From the NCBI GenBank assembly GCA_963724295.1, contig CAVRUC010000007.1, positions 160,001 through 224,000 of the forward strand: a stretch of 64,000 bases of DNA, given 5' to 3'. This document shows, piece after piece, positions 10,128 to 18,634 of this stretch (positions are counted from its first letter, which is position 1; the number at the start of each line of letters is the position of its first letter). The notes under the pieces were generated by a model. The model searched no databases and had not been told where the DNA came from. It was given only the letters and a program-made list of their open reading frames with translations. A program made the translations under genes and the position numbers. The stretch comes from an uncultured Chloroflexia bacterium. GTDB taxonomy: Bacteria > Chloroflexota > Chloroflexia > Thermomicrobiales > UBA6265.

Positions 10128-11300
10128 GTGGCAAAGCATAAGTGTGGATCCTGCCACTTTTTCCAGGAAGCGGGGCTTGCTGGAAGCGGGTGGTGTCACC
10201 ATCCTCAACGCAAGGTTTCCAGCGGCGTCTTGATCATGGTGCGGCGAAACGAACTCGCCTGTCGCGACGAGTGGTCACGGAGCCTCTGGCAACCCCGCGA
10301 TGTTGCCCAAGCGAACGGTGATCAGCCGTTCGAACGCCCGGCCACTGGTCCGCTGCCGCCCGCGCTCGCTGAGAACCTGCGCTCGGTGCTCAACCATGAC
10401 AGGGCCCTCGCCGCATCTGCAGAAGGCGAAGATGTGCTGCTCAGCGAGGGTCGAATCATCTCTGAGGCTCATGAGCCATGGGAGCCACAGCCGCGGCCAT
10501 TCCCGGTCGGGAATTTTGACCCACGGACGGCGATCTTCCGTGCCAGGGAAGCCTACCGGGAGCGCGCCCGCGCAAAAGCCACCGCGGATCGTCAATCTGC
10601 CGGTGCTGAAGCGACCGCGGTACCGGCAAGGGTGGAAGAACTTGCGTCTGCCGCGGCGGAAGAACCTACGGCCGAGGCGAGCGCCAGGCTGCCGCGTGAT
10701 AGCTACACCGCGAACCCGGAAGCCGACACCCAGGCCCAATTGCCCAACGCCGGATCATGGTCCGAACCTTCCATCGGACCTGAACCGGTAGAAGCAAACG
10801 CGGCGCTCCCAACTGCCGGCGAAGCCAGCGAGGGGCAAGAACCCGAAGGCTCGCCGCTCACCGTTGCCGATTCAAACGTTGAAGAAGCCGTCCCAGAATG
10901 GCGGTCACCGCCTGTCGGAGATGACCGAATCGAAATGCAGGAGCATGGGACGCCGGCGACTGAAGATGTTGGTACTACGAAATTTCGCTCTGCAGTTGAT
11001 GAGGCGGAGCCATTTCCGGAGTGGTATCGATCAGACCTCCCTCGGATCTGCCGAACTTGCCGAGATTACAGGCCGTCTGCAGAAGGTCAACGCGGCTGGT
11101 GTGCAAATTCCTGGGCCTTTACGCACCGGCGACTCGTCCTCGAGGATGACCCTGCACCCTGTCAGTCGGCGATCGGTGATTGGTGGTTGCCCGTCGACGA
11201 TGTCTGGCTCGTCGCCGCCGACGTCTCGTCTCACGGACGGGCGACCCCGCTCCTCGATCGTTTGACCGCGAAAGCGGAGCAACAGCGATGTCGTTCGTAA
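10128..11300 (+). CDS. Hypothetical protein with two homologous CxxC-x13-C-x19/21-C domains joined by a long acidic Pro/Ala/Glu-rich linker
   Basis: GGGGGAAGG RBS before GTG start; N- and C-terminal domains align by eye. Confidence 0.75.
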   Translation: MAKHKCGSCHFFQEAGLAGSGWCHHPQRKVSSGVLIMVRRNELACRDEWSRSLWQPRDVAQANGDQPFERPATGPLPPALAENLRSVLNHDRALAASAEGEDVLLSEGRIISEAHEPWEPQPRPFPVGNFDPRTAIFRAREAYRERARAKATADRQSAGAEATAVPARVEELASAAAEEPTAEASARLPRDSYTANPEADTQAQLPNAGSWSEPSIGPEPVEANAALPTAGEASEGQEPEGSPLTVADSNVEEAVPEWRSPPVGDDRIEMQEHGTPATEDVGTTKFRSAVDEAEPFPEWYRSDLPRICRTCRDYRPSAEGQRGWCANSWAFTHRRLVLEDDPAPCQSAIGDWWLPVDDVWLVAADVSSHGRATPLLDRLTAKAEQQRCRS

Positions 11301-11447
11301 CAGCGCAGGGGCCCCCCGATCTCAGGTTGACAATAGCCCATTGGTCCGTTTGGTTGTCCAAACGGTGGGAATCCGATACGATGGAGTAAGGGGGCGGAGG
11401 GTCCCTGGGCATTCGTGTGCCAGGGAGAGGGGAGCCGGATTGTCACG

Positions 11448-12317
11448 ATGAGCGTCTTCGGGGACACGCTGAGGCAGGCCCGGGTTTCCAAGGGCGTAAC
11501 CCTCAGGGAAGCCGAGCAAGCGACGCGCATCAATCGCCACCACCTCTCGGCGCTCGAAGAGGAGGATTTCGCGGTCCTCCCGCCTCTGATCTACCAACGT
11601 GGGATTGTCCGCAACTATTCTGCGTACCTCGATCTTGACCCCGGCAAATCGCTGGCAATGTTCGAGGAGGCCCGCGGAGGCGACTCCGCCGCCGAGCTGG
11701 TAGCCGCCGTCAAACCGCTAGAGATGCCACGGCACTGGTCACCGAATTTCGCCATCATCGCCTTCATGGTCGTCATGGGAGCGGTGATCTTTGCGTGGGT
11801 GTACAGCATCTCTTTCAGCCCGGAGCCGGTGGCAAGTACCGTGCCGCCCGCTGTGCCAACAGTGACGCCGATTCCAGACGACCGGCTTGCGTTGCCGAGC
11901 CCAACGGCCATCCCGAGCGCGACGGCGACTCCGCCCGCGACAGCCACAGCGGTGCCGTCGCCAGCCACCGACGCGCCGCAGGCAGCGGCCAATACCACCG
12001 CGCCACAGCCGACACCGGTCGTAAATGAGCTCGTACCGACTTCCGCACCCGCGGCAGTGCAACAGCCAGCAGCAGCTCCAGGGATGGCCACGATTCGCGT
12101 CATCGCCCAGGGAGACGTTCAGGTCACTGTCGAGGCCGACGGCGCTGTGGTCTTCTCCGGATGGTTGGGTTCAGGCAGCTCCACGGAGTTCATCAGCGCA
12201 GCGAACTTTGCCGTCACGACCTCCGACGGCAGTCTTACTCTGTTCGAGAACGCCGCGACCGGGCAGCAGTTCTATATGGGCTACGGGCAGAACGAGACGT
12301 ATTACCTCGGCGGCTAG
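11448..12317 (+). CDS. rodZ: RodZ-like protein (HTH, transmembrane helix, Pro/Thr linker, DUF4115-like C-terminus)
   Basis: FGDTLRQAR..KGVTLREAEQATRINRHHLSALE..LPP.IYQRG..RNYSAYLDLD; single transmembrane helix. Confidence 0.75.
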   Translation: MSVFGDTLRQARVSKGVTLREAEQATRINRHHLSALEEEDFAVLPPLIYQRGIVRNYSAYLDLDPGKSLAMFEEARGGDSAAELVAAVKPLEMPRHWSPNFAIIAFMVVMGAVIFAWVYSISFSPEPVASTVPPAVPTVTPIPDDRLALPSPTAIPSATATPPATATAVPSPATDAPQAAANTTAPQPTPVVNELVPTSAPAAVQQPAAAPGMATIRVIAQGDVQVTVEADGAVVFSGWLGSGSSTEFISAANFAVTTSDGSLTLFENAATGQQFYMGYGQNETYYLGG

Positions 12318-12403
12318 TTGATTCGCGCACGTTTCGGAGCCAATGTCCGGTGCGGCTTCAGCTTGGTAACGCTTGACTGGTCCTCCAGATCTTCGCGCGT
12401 GAC

Positions 12404-13354
12404 TTACTGAGATCCAACATCTGACTGACGCACAGGTGTCACGACGCGCAGACCTAGTGGCGCAATATTGAACTGCCGGGGCGTCGTTCCACGCGGATCG
12501 CCGTCGAGCTCGACGGGTAGGGCAGGCATTGCCTCAATGCCCACGTGGCGAGCGCGGCGGTGCATGACATGGGGAGATCGATCGAGTTGCTGGGTCCCCG
12601 CAAAGCCAAGTGTCGTGGCAATTTCGGCGAGCGTTGAGGACGTAAAGATGAGGACGTCAAGCCAGCCATCATCGACAGTAATCCCCGGGTAGATCTGGAA
12701 TTGAGGAGCGATGGCCGAGCCACCGTTGGCGATCAGCACGAGTGAAGAGCGTGCCTCAAGAATGGCTCCGTCGGTAGTGACGCGGACTTCCGATGGCGGC
12801 AGCCGTAGTGCCGCCACTGCCGCCGGGAGATAGGCAAACCAACCCAGGCGGCGCTTCCAAACCGGGCTTGCTCCTCGAAACAGCTCAGCATCGAAGCCCG
12901 CGCCGGCGATGTGGACAAACGATCGATCTTCGCTACGCCCGATGTCGATTTTGCGAATCCGGTGGGCTCCGCCAAACAGAGCGAGAGCGGCTGCCGAATC
13001 GGCTGGAATTCCGAGCGACCGGGCGGCGATGTTGGTGGAGCCGGCAGGCACGATTCCCAGCGCGGCACTCGATTCGAAGATGCCGGTCGCGACGTCGGAC
13101 ACCGTGCCGTCGCCGCCAACCGCGATAACGATCCCAGCCGAACGTGCCGCTTCGCTCGCCGCTAACGTTGCTTCCGAGGAGGAGCTCGCGACCTGGATAT
13201 CGAGATCGAGGTCATCGCCATTGCCCGTCAACGACGCGGCGACCTGTTCCGGGCTGATGCGGCACGCGCCGCTGATGACCGCCGCAAGGCGCCTCCTGGT
13301 TCGCCGGGGTTCGGCGTGGTGGGAGCCCGGTTCGTGGCTCGCCCGATCAGGCAT
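12404..13354 (-). CDS. Diacylglycerol/lipid kinase family protein (YegS/DAGK)
   Basis: Motifs GGDGTVSDV, PAGSTN..AR, GAGFDAE, DDGWLDV, ELDGD. Confidence 0.88.
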   Translation of the reverse strand: MPDRASHEPGSHHAEPRRTRRRLAAVISGACRISPEQVAASLTGNGDDLDLDIQVASSSSEATLAASEAARSAGIVIAVGGDGTVSDVATGIFESSAALGIVPAGSTNIAARSLGIPADSAAALALFGGAHRIRKIDIGRSEDRSFVHIAGAGFDAELFRGASPVWKRRLGWFAYLPAAVAALRLPPSEVRVTTDGAILEARSSLVLIANGGSAIAPQFQIYPGITVDDGWLDVLIFTSSTLAEIATTLGFAGTQQLDRSPHVMHRRARHVGIEAMPALPVELDGDPRGTTPRQFNIAPLGLRVVTPVRQSDVGSQ

Positions 13355-13466
13355 TCGTACCCGGGTCTTCGGGACCGAAGATCAATTCCGTGACATAGTT
13401 GGCGAGCCAGGTTGCGGCCGCAACGAATACCAAGCCCAGAATTCCGCGTATCGTATTTCGCAGCAT
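13347..13466 (-). CDS. Unannotated 39-aa membrane microprotein MLRNTIRGILGLVFVAAATWLANYVTELIFGPEDPGTNA
   Basis: GGAGG RBS 6 nt upstream of ATG; its stop overlaps the DAGK start (ATGCCTGA). Confidence 0.7.
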   Translation of the reverse strand: MLRNTIRGILGLVFVAAATWLANYVTELIFGPEDPGTNA

Positions 13467-13550
13467 GAAAATCCTCCATCGGCGACTAGCGTCACCATCC
13501 TAACTCTGACTCCGGCGGAGTCTGCCTGCTGGCACCGCCGCCTGGCTGCG

Positions 13551-13871
13551 TCATGGCCGGTGCCGCCTCCCAAGCAGCGCGAGCGGCAATGCAAGCAGGA
13601 GTAGCGTAGCCGTCAAATCGGCAAGGGTCGCCGCCCCAGCCACAACTCGGTCCGCGGGAGGAACCACGGTCAAAGGCCTGATGATCGGTTTTGAAAGGGA
13701 CAGAATCATCCCTACTGACCCGACGCTCTCAGGCAGTGCCAATACGAGGACAGCGCAACGTAGGATCGCTAAGGCGCAGAGGGCCGCATAAACGGCGATC
13801 CCGAGGCGCACGGCCAGTTGTGAGCGCGCGATCTGTGTCGCCCCGCGCCCTGACCGTCCCTGGTAAATCAC
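13551..13871 (-). CDS. Small membrane protein, YggT-like
   Basis: Two hydrophobic segments around LS.PIIRPL; GTGA overlap with the coaBC stop. Confidence 0.6.
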   Translation of the reverse strand: MIYQGRSGRGATQIARSQLAVRLGIAVYAALCALAILRCAVLVLALPESVGSVGMILSLSKPIIRPLTVVPPADRVVAGAATLADLTATLLLLALPLALLGRRHRP

Positions 13872-15079
13872 GAGGCGTCAACATTCGTGCTGTCCAGCAA
13901 GTCCGCAATCATCGCCACGATCTCGGCCGCGAGCGCCTCTTTGCTCATTGTCGGTAGCTCGGTGACCATTCCGTCTGCTGTGATAATCGTGCCCGTGCTG
14001 CTCGGTGCACCGATAGTCGATTCCGCGTCGTTGGCGACGATCATGGCCAGACCCTTGGCGCGCAGCTTTTGTGCGGCGTTCTCCAGGTGATTCTCGGTTT
14101 CGGCGGCGAAGCCAATCTTCAACAGGTTCGGTCGGGTGATCGTGGCCAGGATATCAGGGTTCCGTACCAACCGGACATCGAGGTTTTGTTGCTCCGTTGA
14201 CTTCTTGAGCTTACGCTGGGATCTGGTTTCCGGCCGGAAGTCGGCAACGGCCGCCGCCATGATCAGCACATCGGCCCGGACCGATGCCTGCTCGACCGCA
14301 TGGAGCATCTCGATGGCCGTGTTGACATTGACAACATCGGCGCCGCTCGGTGGTCGCAATGCAGTTGGTCCTGAGATGAGTGTGACCTCAGCACCGTTGG
14401 CTAGGGCGGCCGCGGCAAGGGCGTATCCCATGCTGCCGCTCGATCGATTGCCGATGTAGCGCACCGGGTCAATTGGCTCTCGCGTGCCGCCCGCGGTGAC
14501 GACAACATGCTTGCCGGCCAACCGCGACGATCGCCCCAAGATGCTCTTCACGGCAGCGACGATGGACTCTGGATCTGCCATGCGGCCTTTGCCGAATGCT
14601 CCAGAGGCGAGCCTGCCATGGGTAGCTTCCACGAATCTGACACCGCGCTCGGTAAGCGTCAGAAGATGCTCCTGAGTGGCTGGATGGTGGAGCATGCGCT
14701 CCTCCATCGCAGGCGCCAGCACGATCGGCGCAGCGGTCGAAAGCGCGATAAGCCCGATCAGGTCGTCGCTGAGGCCGAGCGCAAGTCTGGCAATGGCCGC
14801 GGCCGTCGCGGGCGCGACAACCAGAAGGTCCGCGTTTCCTGCCAGACCGACGTGTCCCGTGAAGCCGTCGCTCCACGCTGCGAACGGGTCGGTATGTACC
14901 GAGGCGTGGGTGATGGCTGAAAAAGAGAGTGGTTGAACAAAATGTTGCGCCGCTTCTGTCATCACCACGTCGACGGTGGCCCCGGCCTGGACGAGAAGGC
15001 TCGCGACGGCCACGGCTTTGTAGGCAGCAATGCCGCCCGTGACCCCGAGCACAACCGACGTACCTTTGAGACTATCCAT
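13868..15079 (-). CDS. coaBC: Bifunctional phosphopantothenoylcysteine decarboxylase/ligase
   Basis: Motifs GVTGGIAAYK, APAM, TAGGTREPIDPVRYIGNRSSG, AAVADF, GFAAET. Confidence 0.95.
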   Translation of the reverse strand: MDSLKGTSVVLGVTGGIAAYKAVAVASLLVQAGATVDVVMTEAAQHFVQPLSFSAITHASVHTDPFAAWSDGFTGHVGLAGNADLLVVAPATAAAIARLALGLSDDLIGLIALSTAAPIVLAPAMEERMLHHPATQEHLLTLTERGVRFVEATHGRLASGAFGKGRMADPESIVAAVKSILGRSSRLAGKHVVVTAGGTREPIDPVRYIGNRSSGSMGYALAAAALANGAEVTLISGPTALRPPSGADVVNVNTAIEMLHAVEQASVRADVLIMAAAVADFRPETRSQRKLKKSTEQQNLDVRLVRNPDILATITRPNLLKIGFAAETENHLENAAQKLRAKGLAMIVANDAESTIGAPSSTGTIITADGMVTELPTMSKEALAAEIVAMIADLLDSTNVDAS

Positions 15080-15228
15080 AGATGACTTACCGAGCGCCAC
15101 GCGTATCTGAATCTGCCGGGACGCAGCATAGCGGAGCAACAACCCCATCTGCGCCCCGATCTCGTAATGACGGTTTACGATGGAACGAGAGCGGGTACAG
15201 TCACGTCGACGCGGAGTACGGGTCAATC

Positions 15229-16035
15229 ATGACGGAGCGGGCCATGGCGTTGAGCGCGCAGCCGGAGCGGCAACCGGTGCTTGAAGCGCGGGGAATCAAC
15301 AAACACTTCGGGCCGGTTCAGGCGCTCAGGGACGTAGATCTTTCCGTGTTCCCCGGCGAGGTCGTCGCGTTGATCGGCGACAATGGCGCCGGCAAGTCGA
15401 CATTGATCAACGTCCTGACAGGCGTGCTGCCGCTGGAAAGCGGCGAGATCGTGTTCGGTGGAGAGACTGTGCGGTTCTCATCTCCACACGAAGCAAGAGC
15501 TCACGGAATCGAGACTGTTTATCAGGACCTCGCGGTTGCGCCACATCTCGACGCGGTTGCCAATATATTCCTGGGGAGGGAACGGCGCCAGGGCGGGCTG
15601 GCGGGAAGAGTGGGCTTTCTGGACAACCATCGCATGCGGAAGGAAACAGACCAGCAGCTCTCCAGACTTCGGGTCCAGGTGCCCGACCTGGAACGCCGAC
15701 TAGTCACGCTATCGGGCGGACAGCGTCAGGGCGTAGCCGTGGCGCGCGCCGTCATGTGGGCGAGCAAGGTCGTCATCATGGACGAGCCGACCGCAGCCCT
15801 CGGCGTGGCGCAGACCGCCAAGGTGCTGGACCTGATTCGGCAGGTGCGTGATACAGGTATTCCAGTGGTCTTTATTAGTCACAACATGCCGAATGTATTC
15901 CAGATCGCCGACCGTGTCGTCGTCCTGCGACTGGGTCAAGTCGTCACCGAGCTCGATCCAAGAACAGCGACAATTGAAGACGCCGTAGCCGCGATGACCG
16001 GATCGACGCGCTTCTCGAACCGAGAGGTTGAGTAA
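15229..16035 (+). CDS. Sugar ABC transporter ATP-binding protein
   Basis: Walker A GDNGAGKST, signature LSGGQRQ, Walker B IMDEPT. Confidence 0.93.
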   Translation: MTERAMALSAQPERQPVLEARGINKHFGPVQALRDVDLSVFPGEVVALIGDNGAGKSTLINVLTGVLPLESGEIVFGGETVRFSSPHEARAHGIETVYQDLAVAPHLDAVANIFLGRERRQGGLAGRVGFLDNHRMRKETDQQLSRLRVQVPDLERRLVTLSGGQRQGVAVARAVMWASKVVIMDEPTAALGVAQTAKVLDLIRQVRDTGIPVVFISHNMPNVFQIADRVVVLRLGQVVTELDPRTATIEDAVAAMTGSTRFSNREVE

Positions 16036-17116
16036 CGTGAGTGCCGCAAATGAGGCCTACGACGAACTAGTTACGGAGGTTTTGCCGGCCCGCCAGCGAT
16101 ATCTCTCCCAACTAGCCAAGTCGTTCACACTGCTTATATTGCTCGCCATCATTGTGATTTTCTCGCTTTATGGCAAGATGAGCTTCTTTAACGCCCGAAA
16201 CTTCAATGACATCATCATCGACTCGTCTCAGCTCGTCGTGCTCTCGGTCGGCATGACATTCGTCATCATCGCCGCCGGCATCGACCTGTCCGTTGGCTCG
16301 GTCCTGATCTTGTCGTCGGTGGTTGCGGCCAAGGTCACAATCGCACTGTCCGGGACCCCGCAGGATATTGCCAACTTCGAATTCCCGACGCAGCACATCG
16401 GCATTCCAATCGGCCTTGCGGCGGGGGTGGCCACCGGGCTCCTGTGTGGTGTGGTGAACGGGCTGCTTATCACGAGACTCCGTGTACCGGCGTTTATCGT
16501 GACTTTGGGCATGCTCGGCATCGCCCTGGGTCTCGGCCAGCTTCTGTCGGGCGGCACGTCTGTGCCAAATGTGCCGCCAGCCGTGCAGTCTGCAATTGGT
16601 CTTCGCGAGATCGTCGCGTTCGATGTCGCGAGTCAGCGGGTGCGGGCTACCCCTCCAATCTTCATCGCCTATGGAATAGCACTAGTCGCCGCGGTCGTGC
16701 TGAACCGGACGCGATTTGGCCGCTACACCTACGCGATCGGGTCGAACGCGGCGGCCTCAATGCGTGCAGGAATCAACGTCGATCTGCACCTCGTCAAGAT
16801 TTATTCCTTGAGCGGCCTGCTGGCAGGAGTGGCGGGAGCAATGGATTTGCTCCGATTCGGAACGGCCTCGGTTGGCTCCCACCAAGCGGACAATCTCGCT
16901 GCGATTTCGGCAACCGTCATCGGTGGAACCAGCCTGTTTGGTGGTATTGGAACCATCGGCGGGACGGTGATTGGCGCGTTCATTCCGACCGTACTTCGCA
17001 ACGGACTGGTCATCGCCCGCGTGCAGCCGTTCTGGCAAAACGTGGCCATCGGCGCCGTTCTGATTCTTGCCGTCTACCTCGATCAGCGGCGTCGGCGCGC
17101 GGAGGAGCGAATGTAG
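16028..17116 (+). CDS. Sugar ABC transporter permease (RbsC type)
   Basis: Motifs GIDLSVGS, PAFIVTLG, RTRFGRYTYAIGSN, IGGTSLFGG. Confidence 0.93.
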   Translation: MSNVSAANEAYDELVTEVLPARQRYLSQLAKSFTLLILLAIIVIFSLYGKMSFFNARNFNDIIIDSSQLVVLSVGMTFVIIAAGIDLSVGSVLILSSVVAAKVTIALSGTPQDIANFEFPTQHIGIPIGLAAGVATGLLCGVVNGLLITRLRVPAFIVTLGMLGIALGLGQLLSGGTSVPNVPPAVQSAIGLREIVAFDVASQRVRATPPIFIAYGIALVAAVVLNRTRFGRYTYAIGSNAAASMRAGINVDLHLVKIYSLSGLLAGVAGAMDLLRFGTASVGSHQADNLAAISATVIGGTSLFGGIGTIGGTVIGAFIPTVLRNGLVIARVQPFWQNVAIGAVLILAVYLDQRRRRAEERM

Positions 17117-17208
17117 CGGGGCTGAGCGTGTTGCAGTGAATCTGTGGGGTTGATACCCTGCCCCGGTCCGCGAAAGGGCGAGACCCGCGAAACCCGACTG
17201 GAGGTCAA

Positions 17209-18286
17209 ATGAAGGCAATTGATCGATTCGATACCCGGCTCAGCCGACGAAGCGTCTTGCGGGCGTCCGTGTACGCGGGCGCGGGATTCACGTTGTTCGC
17301 TCCGTTGGGATTTCGGGCCTTCGGCCCGGCAAGACTCCTTCACCATCGCCTTTATCCAAGGAGTCATCGCGGACAACTTCTACATCACGATGGACTGCGG
17401 AGCGCGAGCACAGGCTGAGGCACTGGGAAACGTGAGCATCGACACCCAGGGTCCAGAGCGCTTCGATCAGACCTTGCAGACGCCGATTCTCAACGCGGTG
17501 GTGCAGAGCGCTCCGAGCGCGATCATGATGGCGCCGAATGACCGGCAGGGCATGATCGCGCCGATCCAGGCGGCAATCGACGCTGGCGTACCGGTGCTTT
17601 GCGTGGACACGACAATCGACTGCAGACATCCAGCTCGGCGACGTGGCGACAGACAACGTGGAAGGGGGACGCCTCGCCGCGCGAGGTCTCGCCGAGGAGA
17701 TCGGCGGAGCGGGCAAGGTCTTCGTCGTCAACGTCATACCCGGCGTTTCAACGACTGACCAGCGAGAACAGGGTTTCCGAGAGGCGATCGAGACGGAGTT
17801 TCCCGACATCGAGTATCTCGGCCAGGAGTATTCCAATAACGATGCGAATGTCGCGGCGCAGATTACCGCGGCGCGGCTCCAATCGGACCCGATTTGGCCG
17901 GCATCTTTGGCACGAACCTATTCTCTGCCCAGGGCGCGGCCGCCGCACTGCGGGAGCAGGGTTTGCAAGGCCAAGTCAAGATGGTCGGGTTCGATGCCGG
18001 ACCGACGCAGGTGCAGGACCTGCGCAGCGAAGTGGTGGACCTTTTGATCGCGCAGCACCCGGGTGATATCGGCGAGATCGCGGTGCAACTTCTGCACGAG
18101 TTCCTGACCACTGGCGAGCCGCTTGATCCCAAGGACTATGTCACCGGCGCTACCATCGTGACTCGCGACAACATCGACGATCCGGAGGTAGCCAGGTATC
18201 TCTACGTCGCGGATTGTGCGAATTACACGTTGGCAAACGCGGTGCCAATGCCAGCAGCATCACCAGTAGCGACCCCGACGGCGTAG
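17209..18286 (+). pseudogene. Sugar ABC substrate-binding protein with Tat signal, interrupted by three frameshifts
   Basis: Tat motif SRRSVL; RbsB-like segments continue across four ORF pieces with shifts at about 17320, 17621 and 17891. Confidence 0.85.
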
Positions 18287-18312
18287 CGTCGGGATTCGCA
18301 GCAAATCGAATG

Positions 18313-18342
18313 GGCAGCGCGGACGTCAAAATCCGCGCTGCC
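18313..18342 (+). terminator. Hairpin ending the ABC operon
   Basis: GGCAGCGCGGA-8 nt loop-TCCGCGCTGCC. Confidence 0.6.
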
Positions 18343-18347
18343 TGTAC

Positions 18348-18377
18348 TTGACAAAAACCGATCGGCTAACGTACAAT
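18348..18377 (+). promoter_or_regulatory. Sigma70 promoter of rpoBC
   Basis: TTGACA-18 bp-TACAAT. Confidence 0.75.
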
Positions 18378-18634
18378 AATCGTTCCGGCTTGCTGACCCG
18401 CAAATCAGCGAGCCTGGAAAACCTTCGAAACCGGTAGCCGGGCGGGGCGTGCTGGAACATTCACCATCGAAACCTGGTCAAACGGGAGGGGCAACCTTTG
18501 TCCTCCCGCTTTGGTGTGCCAGGGAATGGGCACGGATCGGTCGTTCCGGCGGTCTACAAACGACAATCGCAGGCAGTTGTCGGGTTTCTCAGGGGCAGTT
18601 TGGCGTGCCGTCCGCAAGATGTATGGAGGAGTAA

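Noticed and set aside
11820..12080. Repetitive Pro/Thr/Ala-coding DNA
   Set aside because: Ordinary low-complexity linker of the RodZ-like protein, not a DNA repeat or array
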